A stretch of 38,129 nucleotides of DNA, taken from contig DAISKM010000001.1 in assembly GCA_036820945.1 (NCBI GenBank), positions 1-38,129 on the forward strand. Direction: 5' to 3'. The DNA is from Pseudolabrys sp. GTDB lineage: Bacteria; Pseudomonadota; Alphaproteobacteria; Rhizobiales; Xanthobacteraceae. The notes under the pieces are model-generated. The model ran no database searches, had not been told where the DNA came from, and saw nothing but the letters and a program-made list of their open reading frames with translations. The position numbers were made by a program, and so were the translations under genes. This document shows positions 25,484-33,577 of this stretch, one piece after another. Numbering within the stretch: position 1 is the stretch's first letter; each line of letters opens with the position of its first letter.

Positions 25484-25839
25484 TGTTGGTTTATTTATTT
25501 CGCCGCAAGGCCGAGAGCGCGAAGTTTCTCGGCTTCTGTGAGATCGGCCTCGCCGTAGTAAATGAAACGGCGGACCTGTTCTGGACCCTGGACGAATTCG
25601 GAGACCCGCACGACTTTGAAGTGACGCCCGCCCGTCCTGGAGACGCACTGCACGCGTGGCAACGCGACTACTCCAAGATCGTCGCGGCGGAGACGAAATC
25701 AAAGACCGCACCAGGGACATGCTTCTTTACCGACGATCTCCCGCGCGTCGATCGTTCCAGCATGGCGACGATGAGCGAGACACTCATGGATCAAACAGAA
25801 CGCGAATGGTCGCCGGTCACGCGCGACGAATTAGTGTAG
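25483..25839 (+). CDS. Hypothetical protein
   Basis: RBS GGAGG; LFWTLDEFGDP motif. Confidence 0.7.
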   Translation: MLVYLFRRKAESAKFLGFCEIGLAVVNETADLFWTLDEFGDPHDFEVTPARPGDALHAWQRDYSKIVAAETKSKTAPGTCFFTDDLPRVDRSSMATMSETLMDQTEREWSPVTRDELV

Positions 25840-25850
25840 GGGGTAGGGAA

Positions 25851-26096
25851 ATGGAACCTGAAATTCTGCATGTACCAGAGCTGGCGTTACTGATGGGTCG
25901 CACCGAGGCGGCGATTCGCAGCGCAGTACAAGCGCGGCCAGACTGGTTGCCCCCGTACTATAAGCAGGGGTCGCGGATATGCTGGCGTCTGGAGACGGTG
26001 CGCAAGTATCTGAGGGATTTTGAAGCGGGGGAGCATCATTCGTTGAAGGTGGGGCGGCCCCGTAAAGAGCCGCCGAGTCTGGTAGCGTCACGCTAA
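25851..26096 (+). CDS. Putative excisionase / recombination directionality factor
   Basis: Small wHTH (ELALLMGRTEAAIRS...LPP..KQGSRICWR..TV), last PL gene, convergent with int. Confidence 0.7.
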   Translation: MEPEILHVPELALLMGRTEAAIRSAVQARPDWLPPYYKQGSRICWRLETVRKYLRDFEAGEHHSLKVGRPRKEPPSLVASR

Positions 26097-27059
26097 TTTG
26101 TCAGCAAGGTTCTCGGGGTTCAAATGCGTATAGCGTTTGAGCATTGCCAGGGTCTTGTGCCCGGTAATTGCGGCCACCTCCATTATATCCAGGCCGCGCT
26201 CGAACAACCGGCTGGTCGCCTCATGGCGCAAGTCGTGATAGTGCAAGTTGACCACGCCAGCCGCCTCGCACGCGCGGGGGAAATAGTTACTGACCGATTG
26301 AGGCGAGATACTAAAGACCCGACCATCAATTCGCGCGGGCAAACTTTTGATCAATTCAAGCGCGCGCGTGGATAATGGCACCGCGCGACGCGATCCGTTC
26401 TTACTGTCCTCAAAGTATGCCACCCGCCCCCGAATCTGCTCACGGCGGAGCATCACCAGCTCAGTGCGGCGCATTGCCGTGTCAGCCGCAAGTTCGATAA
26501 TGATCGGCAGCTCGCGATTAATCGCCTTGGCCGCCTCATATATCTTTTTGAGTTCATTGCTGGTCGGCCGGCGGTCCCGCTCCTTGCTCCCCTTCGGCAG
26601 TCTAATATCCGTGCAGGGATTGACCAGCCCGGTCATGTGCCACTCTTTCGCCGCGATGGTGTAGAGGTGGCTGATGATTGCAAGTTCGAGGCGCACAGTG
26701 GCGGTTGCGACATTTTGCTTTAGGCGCTCGTCTCGATAGGTGGCAAGGTCGGACGAAGTAATAGCACTCAGATACTTTTCAGAGAGCGGATGTAAGAGCC
26801 AGCGCTTAATGCGAACGGCCTCTTGTTTCGCCCCCTTCTTGGCGTCGCTGATTTTCGTGTACTTCTCTAATGCGACGGCCAGAGTGGTCTGGTCGGCCTT
26901 ACTATTATCGACATACTTCGAGCGGGACATATCGCCCTCGATGCCGCTGGCCCATTTGGTTGCCTCGGCTTTCGTGTCGAAGGTAGCGGTGAGGGTTGGG
27001 TAGCCTTTGCGCCGGATCAGTGCGCGCCAAGCGGTGCCGCGTTTTTGATAAGTAGCCAT
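26088..27059 (-). CDS. int: Tyrosine integrase
   Basis: MATYQKRG.AWRA.IRRKG arm-binding domain; catalytic TAMRR.E, SKNG, HDLRHE, GHK, RYTH. Confidence 0.95.
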   Translation of the reverse strand: MATYQKRGTAWRALIRRKGYPTLTATFDTKAEATKWASGIEGDMSRSKYVDNSKADQTTLAVALEKYTKISDAKKGAKQEAVRIKRWLLHPLSEKYLSAITSSDLATYRDERLKQNVATATVRLELAIISHLYTIAAKEWHMTGLVNPCTDIRLPKGSKERDRRPTSNELKKIYEAAKAINRELPIIIELAADTAMRRTELVMLRREQIRGRVAYFEDSKNGSRRAVPLSTRALELIKSLPARIDGRVFSISPQSVSNYFPRACEAAGVVNLHYHDLRHEATSRLFERGLDIMEVAAITGHKTLAMLKRYTHLNPENLADKLA

Positions 27060-27140
27060 TTGGAGGTGCCCGTTTCCAGTTGGTTGGAAACAGGAGGATA
27101 GCCCGGTTTTAAACCGATGTACCAAAATTGTACCAAAAGC

Positions 27141-27176
27141 AAAAAGGCCCAGCGGGGGTAAGCCGCTAAGCCTTTG
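27141..27176 (-). terminator. Terminator supplied downstream of the reconstituted tRNA
   Basis: AAAGGCTTAGCGG-CTTACCC-CCGCTGGGCCTTTTT directly 3' of the CCA. Confidence 0.7.
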
Positions 27177-27180
27177 ATTT

Positions 27181-27241
27181 TGGCGGAGAGATAGGGATTT
27201 GAACCCTAGGAAATGTTGCCACTTCAACGGATTTCGAATCC
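27181..27241 (-). tRNA. 3' half of tRNA-Ser(CGA) = attP core (not a complete gene)
   Basis: GGA-TTCGAAA-TCCGT anticodon arm, long variable arm GAAGTG-GCAA-CATTTC, T arm TAGGG-TTCAAAT-CCCTA, TCTCTCC-G-CCA; D arm and 5' acceptor strand absent. Confidence 0.88.
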
Positions 27242-27439
27242 AATTTTGCCCGTTGATTTGCTTCAATTTTTTACGTCAAGGTATTGAAACCATTGCATAA
27301 GCACTCATGACCATGAAGCGTGGTACATCATGCTTTGGTACAACCGTTGTACCAAAATTGTACCATCGTTGCACCAGGGCGACCGGCCCCGTACCCTACC
27401 GAGCGACGTACCTGTCACATCGGCCTGGACGCGAAAAAA

Positions 27440-27481
27440 ATAACCTACGGTATTGACGCCTCCGCCGATGGACGGTACACA
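27440..27481 (+). promoter_or_regulatory. PL-like promoter/operator of att-proximal operon
   Basis: AATAACCTACGGTATTGAC vs OL/PL AATAACCTAAGTTATTGAC (17/19 identical); TTGACG-17 nt-TACACA (weak -10). Confidence 0.7.
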
Positions 27482-27552
27482 TATGCCAACAAATTCGCGT
27501 CGGCCCACCACCGCAAGCGATTCAGGGAAACAAGGACCGTAGGAGTAACCGC

Positions 27553-28239
27553 ATGGCTTTGAATTCAAGTTTAGGTTTTGCCAAGTTCGCCCACCGTGAA
27601 CACCTGATACATGATTTTCTCTCTAGCGCTGAGCCACCACCTGCACCGCCCACACTTCAAGAGCTGCGATCAATGCGCAAGGCCAAGAAGCGGCAACTTA
27701 GAGAGTTGCAGTTACTTAGCCCCGATCAAATAGAATTCGCCGCCCCCTCGATATCGCGCCAGACCGAAGACCTCAAGGCACTTGAGGATCAAATGCGTGA
27801 AGCACTTGGAATAGATAAGCCGGCCCCGCAAGAGCGGCCGGAATTATTGCTCGCGTCTTTTGAGTTTCAAACAATACCCTCAGTTACACCGCCGCCGCCC
27901 GGTGTTGAACAGGCCAGTGAGACAGCCAAGCGGCAGGCCGCACTTGAGAAAGAGCTGCGCGCTACTCTCGGCGTTCCTCCCCCGCCAAAACCAGAAGCAC
28001 CCAAACGCAAGCATGTAGAACCACGGACGCTTTTCAAACGCCAACTAGAAGTCATTCTTCAAGTGCGTGACGCAGATTGGCGGGAGATACCGTTCTATCA
28101 TACCGAATTCAATATGACCGCCGTCGAGGCGGAAATTGAAGCCGGCAAGAAAGCGCGCAGCTTTGGCCTAAAAGTCCTCAAGCACCTCAAGACGACCGCC
28201 AAGGAAATCGAATATACCGTGGGAGCGAAGCGAGCATGA
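27553..28239 (+). CDS. Hypothetical protein, Pro-rich linkers with repeated helical motif
   Basis: RBS AGGAG; ALEDQMREALG and ALEKELRATLG internal repeat. Confidence 0.8.
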   Translation: MALNSSLGFAKFAHREHLIHDFLSSAEPPPAPPTLQELRSMRKAKKRQLRELQLLSPDQIEFAAPSISRQTEDLKALEDQMREALGIDKPAPQERPELLLASFEFQTIPSVTPPPPGVEQASETAKRQAALEKELRATLGVPPPPKPEAPKRKHVEPRTLFKRQLEVILQVRDADWREIPFYHTEFNMTAVEAEIEAGKKARSFGLKVLKHLKTTAKEIEYTVGAKRA

Positions 28240-28436
28240 ACAGGGACCACGCATACCTCTATGTCATTCGGCAGCACATCGAATTGTTGGCCGAAGACGA
28301 GCGCATCAAAGTAATGCGGCTGGTCGATCAGTTGCAAGCGACGGTTGATGCGGCGGGCGATAAGGCTGTCGCATCGATGGCACTCACTTTAGTGTGTGCG
28401 AGAAATTTGATTGATATTACAAGTGGGGGGGAATGA
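28236..28436 (+). CDS. Small helical protein, paralog 1 of 4
   Basis: ATGA coupling, RBS GGAG; aligns with next three ORFs. Confidence 0.8.
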   Translation: MNRDHAYLYVIRQHIELLAEDERIKVMRLVDQLQATVDAAGDKAVASMALTLVCARNLIDITSGGE

Positions 28437-28636
28437 TGACGCGAAACGAATTCAAGCTCCAACGCTTGTTGGGCGACATCGAATTGCTAGAGCAACCCGG
28501 GCGCGCATTCGTTGAGAGACATGCGGATTTAATCCGCAAGATGATTAATGATGCTGGCAATGACCGGCATCTTGTGTTTGTCGCGCTGGCACTTGTCAGC
28601 GCTGAGCAGATGGTCAGCTATGGCGGGACGCAATGA
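28433..28636 (+). CDS. Small helical protein, paralog 2 of 4
   Basis: ATGA coupling; IELL....R..V......I...I..AG...ALALVSA. Confidence 0.8.
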   Translation: MMTRNEFKLQRLLGDIELLEQPGRAFVERHADLIRKMINDAGNDRHLVFVALALVSAEQMVSYGGTQ

Positions 28637-28881
28637 TGAATAAAGAGGCGCAGAACCTATTAGCCCTGGACAAAATTATTAGTCAGTTTGCATGGCTAAC
28701 AATTGAACAGCGCGGCGAAGTGAAGAACCTGTTGCAACAGATTGACGACGTAATCGATTCAGCGAGCGACGTGAGTGTCGCGGCGGCGGTGCTCAGAATT
28801 ATCGGCGCCATTACTGTCGCCTCTTCGATTCACCCCAAAAAACAGCGGCTGATGATGGCGGGCCACAGTAATGAACGATGA
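28633..28881 (+). CDS. Small helical protein, paralog 3 of 4
   Basis: ATGA coupling; same hydrophobic register. Confidence 0.75.
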   Translation: MMNKEAQNLLALDKIISQFAWLTIEQRGEVKNLLQQIDDVIDSASDVSVAAAVLRIIGAITVASSIHPKKQRLMMAGHSNER

Positions 28882-29068
28882 CATGATTAAGCTGGCGATG
28901 ATCCAGGCCATGATAGGCACTTTGCCAACCGCGCAGAAAACTGAGGTTGCCGATCTTGTCGAAGAGCTAAAGGCCATCTTAGCAAAGGCTAGTAATGATA
29001 AGGTCGCATCAGCGGCATTTGCCCTAGTCAGTATCATGTGCCTCATCGAATCCAAACAACCCCACTAA
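28871..29068 (+). CDS. Small helical protein, paralog 4 of 4
   Basis: 11-nt overlap; ungapped alignment to paralog 1. Confidence 0.8.
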   Translation: MNDDMIKLAMIQAMIGTLPTAQKTEVADLVEELKAILAKASNDKVASAAFALVSIMCLIESKQPH

Positions 29069-29093
29069 ACCAACCCACAGGGACGGCACCACC

Positions 29094-29507
29094 ATGACAA
29101 CAATCGCAGACTTCAAGGCAGCCGAGCGCGCGCTCGCAATGCAATTCACCGCCTTCGAAGAAATGAAAAAAAACCCGGACCTCAGGAAGGCGCTAGAACT
29201 TGATGCGGCGCTAGAGGAATTTTGCGCAGAGCATAAGACTTCGCGTGCGGCGCTCTATGAATTGCTGGCCCTGGACATCGCGCCGGAAAAGACACCAGCC
29301 AAGAAGCCGGCCAAGAAGCCGGGCACTGGAACCCGTGTGTTTAACGGCGTCAAAATCCGGGTTTTCAAAAACCCGCATACCGGCGAAGAACTAACCGTGC
29401 GTGGCAATCGCGACGGCACGTTCAATCAATGGAACTCAGAGTATGGCGCTGATGTAGTCCGGACCTGGAAAATCAGCGAATACGACGCGCCCCCGAAAAA
29501 CCCATAA
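29094..29507 (+). CDS. MvaT/MvaU-family (H-NS-like) nucleoid protein, divergent
   Basis: N-terminal IADFKAAERAL...L.K.LE oligomerisation pattern and C-terminal FKNPHTGE...W..EYGAD.V..W DNA-binding domain. Confidence 0.85.
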   Translation: MTTIADFKAAERALAMQFTAFEEMKKNPDLRKALELDAALEEFCAEHKTSRAALYELLALDIAPEKTPAKKPAKKPGTGTRVFNGVKIRVFKNPHTGEELTVRGNRDGTFNQWNSEYGADVVRTWKISEYDAPPKNP

Positions 29508-29513
29508 CCGCCG

Positions 29514-29549
29514 AATAATAAACCCGGTCATGTGCCGGGTTTATTGTTT
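29514..29549. terminator. Bidirectional terminator between MvaT-like gene and tail fibre
   Basis: AATAATAAACCCGG-TCATGTG-CCGGGTTTATTGTT. Confidence 0.85.
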
Positions 29550-30794
29550 CTTGAGGCCCACAAGCGGGAACACGGAAAGGAAGTCAAAGATACTTGTCGA
29601 ACTCATAGTGAACCCGGTTAGGTTCATGCCATAGGTGTACGCGCCACCCGGTAGCGTCGAGTCGTTAACTAGTAGCGATTCGAAATGGTTACCAACCGCC
29701 GCCAAGTATTCAAACCCGTTCGTAATCGCGAGCGGGATATGTTGCACCCATTGATAACTGGCGTGACTTGACGCGAAGGTCGGCGCCGTCGAGGTGGCAT
29801 GAATGGCGATGTAATACAAACCCGGTTGCAGCGTTACGGGAGTGCCAACCGAACCCAAGATTTTCCCCGCCGTGGTCGTGCTGATTTGTCCCTTCGCAAG
29901 ACAAGTGCCCGGCTTACCGCACCCAAGAAACTGATAAATCCCGACATCGATAGTCTGCCCGGCCGAGGTCGTGCGGATTGCCAACACAATGTCAGTAATC
30001 GTTATCGGCGCGTCGATTTCAGCGACGTTAAATTGCGTTCGGGTCGTACTGGTCGGTGCCTGGACGTCCATATTCCCGACCGGTTTAAACATCGGGTATA
30101 CGTCGCCGCTCGCGATAGCGCTGGCAATCCCGAGTTGTGAACCACCCGCCGCCGCCCATGTCGGAACGCCACCCGCCAACGTCAGGACGTGCCCGTTAGT
30201 GCCAGCCGCAAGGCGAGTCGGGACACCAGAGGCACCCCCATAAATGATGTCGCCCGTGGTCGTCATTGGGTTGGTCAGCCCGGTGGCCGCCGCCCACGCA
30301 ACAGCGCCAGCAACAACCGTTAATACAAAACCGTTGGTTCCGACTGCCAACCGTCCAGGCGTACCGGAGGCGCCCCCGGTTATCAGGTCGCCCGCCGTGG
30401 TCATGGGGTTAGCCATCCCCACGGCAATCGCCGCCCACGCCGTCCCGCTCCACACATAGGCTTTATCGTCGGCCTTGCTCCAGACGCGCAGACCCTCCTG
30501 GCGAGCGCCCATTGTGATAGGTGTACCGGCCGAGGTGTTGCCCGGCACGAATACCCAACCGGTGCCGAAGTAACCGGCGAGGCAATTCGCCCGGCCGGCC
30601 CATGCCCCGGTCGGGCTTGCGCCGAGGATGTATGTGTCACCCTGCGCGGGCGAGCCGGGAGGGGTATTCAGCGCGACGCTAATCACCCCCGTCATTAGAA
30701 TCTGAATTTGATTCAGCGCGGTGTTGTGCGTGATTTCCGGTTGCGCTTGCTGGCCGGCGATGTAGCTGATACCGAGGTCGGCGGATGTGGTCAT
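29541..30794 (-). CDS. Tail fibre / receptor-binding protein with N-terminal DUF2793 domain
   Basis: QAQPEITHNTAL, TPPGSPAQGDTYILGASPTGAWAG signature; two 46-aa shaft repeats; beta-rich C-terminal domain; last late gene. Confidence 0.8.
   Translation of the reverse strand: MTTSADLGISYIAGQQAQPEITHNTALNQIQILMTGVISVALNTPPGSPAQGDTYILGASPTGAWAGRANCLAGYFGTGWVFVPGNTSAGTPITMGARQEGLRVWSKADDKAYVWSGTAWAAIAVGMANPMTTAGDLITGGASGTPGRLAVGTNGFVLTVVAGAVAWAAATGLTNPMTTTGDIIYGGASGVPTRLAAGTNGHVLTLAGGVPTWAAAGGSQLGIASAIASGDVYPMFKPVGNMDVQAPTSTTRTQFNVAEIDAPITITDIVLAIRTTSAGQTIDVGIYQFLGCGKPGTCLAKGQISTTTAGKILGSVGTPVTLQPGLYYIAIHATSTAPTFASSHASYQWVQHIPLAITNGFEYLAAVGNHFESLLVNDSTLPGGAYTYGMNLTGFTMSSTSIFDFLSVFPLVGLKKQ
30144..30410 (-). 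repeat. Two 46-aa (138-nt) internal repeats in tail fibre
   Basis: NPMTTAGDLITGGASGTPGRLAVGTNGFVLTVVAGAVAWAAA / NPMTTTGDIIYGGASGVPTRLAAGTNGHVLTLAGGVPTWAAA. Confidence 0.9.
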
Positions 30795-30801
30795 AATTTC
30801 C

Positions 30802-33132
30802 TCATACGGTCGCGATGGCGGGAAAGCCCCGGCCGCGAACGTCGCTCAGTTGATAGACGCGAAGTGTGACCGGGTTGCCAGGGGTTAGCCCGTCAGCGGT
30901 TTGCTCGGCGGCGGTGTAGCTTGCGGCGGGCGTAGTAGCGGTGATCGTCCGCACGACGCTAGCCCCGCTGTAGATGTCTATGGAGTACGCCTCGGTCAGT
31001 TCGCCCAGAGGCACAGGGCCAAGCCCCAGGCCGGGCACTTGAAGACGGGACCGGCGCACCCAGGACAGCGACAGATTGTTCGAGCCGTCGCGCACACCCT
31101 CAACGTGAACCGGCGCCTTCGGCATTTTGCCGACGCCGTTGTTGGTGAACGCCTGCGCGGCTGTATCGACTTCGTTTGTGAGGACGCTGACCGGTTTGAA
31201 CAGCCGGGAGTAATACCAGTCGGCCGGGCCGAATTCGCTACGGCCGAGCGTGGCAGTGTGCAGTAACACGAACACTTCGTTCGTGCCGTGCGTGGTGTTC
31301 GCCTCGGTGCCCAGGCGTCCGCGCAGCAGGTTGCTCAACGTGTACTGTCCAGGGCCAACCAGGGTCGCCGTTGCGAACTGGATCACTTCACCCCCCTGGC
31401 CGGACGCTGGACCCAACCACGCCGCATTATAGCCAGCGATGACAAGGTCTTCGCTGATGCTCTCCAGGGTCGAACCGGCATAGTCGAGCGTCACGGTTAG
31501 CGTATTGCCCCGGTCCCAAAAATCAGTCGGGCCGACCGGCAGCGCAGCCGGGACATCACCGATCACGGAGCGGACGCCAACCTTGCTCATGCTGGAATAG
31601 GACGAGCCGCCATCGATGGAGCGGCGCACATCAGCACCGCGCCAGCCAGCCGACTCGCCAGTGACCACCCAGTAGAACCCAGTGTCATCGTTGGCGTCTT
31701 GCACAATGGGCATATCCATCAGGATCAGACGAGTCACACCAGGGAACTTGACCACGTTGCTTGGCAGGTTGCCGTCCGTGCCAAGCGCGGTCGATGTATA
31801 GACCTCAGGGTCATCGCGCTGCGCCTCGAAGGTAGACACCCCGTTATCACCGCGCGAAATGCGGACCACTTTGTAGGGGATGATCTGGCCGTCCACCAGC
31901 ACACCCAGCACGTCGCCAGCCGCGCGGCGAACCCACTTGTCGGTCAGCGAAAACGTCACGCTACGACGTGCGGTCCATGCCTCCCATAGTGTGCGGTCTG
32001 CGATACGGCGCGCGGCATCGACACCCAGCGTCAGCGGCAGTTCGACGCTGATAATGTTTGCCGCGTCGCCCAGGTCTTTAAATGCGCGCTGACTGTTGAT
32101 CTGATAATCCAATGCCGGGTCGAGGTGCGTGAGCGAAACCGTTTTCGGCATCTCCAACGCAGTGACTGCTTTGAAGCGTGCCGGCTCGGTCGCGTTGTCT
32201 GCCCCCTGGACGGCACCCATATCGCCCACCGGGACAACGCCCTTCATGCCTGCGCCCCGCTTAACGCATCGCACTTGCCCGGCCTGCTCTGCCAAGTCGA
32301 AATTGAACGCGACGGCGAGCGGTGTCAGCGCCCCGCTTGCCTGGACCGACCGCGCGATCACCAAACCGCGCAGCTCGTCACTCAGCCCGGCGACCGAAAT
32401 GTCATGCACCCCGACACGCCGGGCGATGTCATGCACCACCGCCGCCACGTTCGTGACCGCGCTCCCGGCAATTTCCACCTCGATGTTCGGGAGGCGGTTG
32501 CCGAAGTCAGCTAGTTGCATGTCTTTAAAAACGATGTACGCGACATTTCGATATGCTGGTGTCGTGGGGGTAATCGACTGAATCCAACTGTCGCGCACCT
32601 GCACCGTCGAGCCGGGCCAGAAGTGCATTTCCTCCATGACCGCGTGCGTGCCCATCGCTTTAGTAACGATCTGCCCGTTCACCGGATCGACGGCCGGCAG
32701 CGTAAGCCCGGTCGAGTCATAGATCAGTTTCGAGTTTGCCCAGATTCGCTTTACGCCGACCATCGTGCCGGCACCCATCGCCAGGGCAAAGCTCATGCGA
32801 TAGCTGTACGTCGTAGTCGATGCGCCACCGCCGCCCCCCTTGCCGCCGCCTGACTCCTCTTCCTCGGCGGTTTCGATTAGGCCAGTCGACCAGATCACGT
32901 TGCCGCTACACCGGTTCTCCGCACCATAGATAAGCGGAATCGCGTTGCCGTAGGTCGAGACGATGACCTGCTTGTCTTGCAGGCGCGGGCCTTCAAGTTC
33001 GGGGCCGTCTGGCGGGTCGATAATCCCGCCGACCGTCATGCCAATTTGCGCGCCCATGATCGGGCCGACCGGCGTAAAGAATCCGATAACGGCACCGGCA
33101 ACGCCGCCGACTACTTGCCCGACGCTACTCAT
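30802..33132 (-). CDS. Tail tip / baseplate protein (GTA g15-like, lacking TIM-barrel part)
   Basis: EGPRL, STYG..IP..YG, GNVIWS, PAYR..AY.VF....LADFGNRLPN, EVIQF, LSNLLRGRLGTE, WVRRSR motifs. Confidence 0.85.
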   Translation of the reverse strand: MSSVGQVVGGVAGAVIGFFTPVGPIMGAQIGMTVGGIIDPPDGPELEGPRLQDKQVIVSTYGNAIPLIYGAENRCSGNVIWSTGLIETAEEEESGGGKGGGGGASTTTYSYRMSFALAMGAGTMVGVKRIWANSKLIYDSTGLTLPAVDPVNGQIVTKAMGTHAVMEEMHFWPGSTVQVRDSWIQSITPTTPAYRNVAYIVFKDMQLADFGNRLPNIEVEIAGSAVTNVAAVVHDIARRVGVHDISVAGLSDELRGLVIARSVQASGALTPLAVAFNFDLAEQAGQVRCVKRGAGMKGVVPVGDMGAVQGADNATEPARFKAVTALEMPKTVSLTHLDPALDYQINSQRAFKDLGDAANIISVELPLTLGVDAARRIADRTLWEAWTARRSVTFSLTDKWVRRAAGDVLGVLVDGQIIPYKVVRISRGDNGVSTFEAQRDDPEVYTSTALGTDGNLPSNVVKFPGVTRLILMDMPIVQDANDDTGFYWVVTGESAGWRGADVRRSIDGGSSYSSMSKVGVRSVIGDVPAALPVGPTDFWDRGNTLTVTLDYAGSTLESISEDLVIAGYNAAWLGPASGQGGEVIQFATATLVGPGQYTLSNLLRGRLGTEANTTHGTNEVFVLLHTATLGRSEFGPADWYYSRLFKPVSVLTNEVDTAAQAFTNNGVGKMPKAPVHVEGVRDGSNNLSLSWVRRSRLQVPGLGLGPVPLGELTEAYSIDIYSGASVVRTITATTPAASYTAAEQTADGLTPGNPVTLRVYQLSDVRGRGFPAIATV

Positions 33133-33575
33133 GTGTCGCCCTCAACATTCGGATAGGCCCACCAACTTTTGACACGCGCCAGCCACTCAGGCGTCAGCCC
33201 ATGCTCGACGACACCGCCCGCCTCGCTATAGGAGTGGATCAGCGTCGCACCGCCCCGGTGGTCACTGGCGAGAATCGCGAGGTGCATTGGCAAGTCTGGC
33301 CGCCACTGCAACCACGCAATGTCACCCTCCTGAGGCGCACCATCGAGCGGGCGTAAAAATTGGCGCATCCCTTCGCCCATTCGGCGCGGGTTGGGTATGC
33401 GGCTGTAACCACCAAACCGCGCCCATGCCTCGGCGTCGTCAGGCAGTGCGCCGGTCACATGACCGACGCCGCGAATCAGCCCGACACAATCCACACCGAC
33501 ACCGCGCAGTGACGCCTGATGGTGGTACGGCGTGTCGATCCAGCGCCGGGCCTCGGTGACAATTCGCTCGCGCAT
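33129..33575 (-). CDS. NlpC/P60 tail-associated peptidase (GTA g14-like)
   Basis: EARRWIDTPYHHQ...GVDCVGLIRGV (Cys), HLAI, LIHSY. Confidence 0.92.
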   Translation of the reverse strand: MRERIVTEARRWIDTPYHHQASLRGVGVDCVGLIRGVGHVTGALPDDAEAWARFGGYSRIPNPRRMGEGMRQFLRPLDGAPQEGDIAWLQWRPDLPMHLAILASDHRGGATLIHSYSEAGGVVEHGLTPEWLARVKSWWAYPNVEGDT

Positions 33576-33577
33576 AG

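Larger units (their letters stand above)
27118..27365. mobile_element. attP: arm-type repeats, IHF site and tRNA-derived core
   Basis: TGTACCAAAATTGTACCA at 27118-27135 and 27348-27365; inverted TGGTACA at 27321 and 27336; IHF consensus AATCAAAGGCTTA (minus, 27167-27179). Confidence 0.88.

Noticed and set aside
27181..27241. Functional phage tRNA gene
   Set aside because: D arm and 5' acceptor strand are missing; it is the att core
27060..27266. 69-aa N-terminal extension of integrase across attP (392-aa ORF)
   Set aside because: TTG start without RBS, runs through tRNA core, terminator and arm sites; the family-typical start is MATYQKRG at 27059
27118..27365. CRISPR-like mini array from the 18-bp direct repeats
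   Set aside because: Only two copies 230 bp apart flanking an att core; explained as integrase arm sites; no cas genes
29541..30410. Diversity-generating retroelement or invertible tail-fibre cassette
   Set aside because: No reverse transcriptase or invertase; the only repeat is an in-frame shaft duplication without adenine-specific differences
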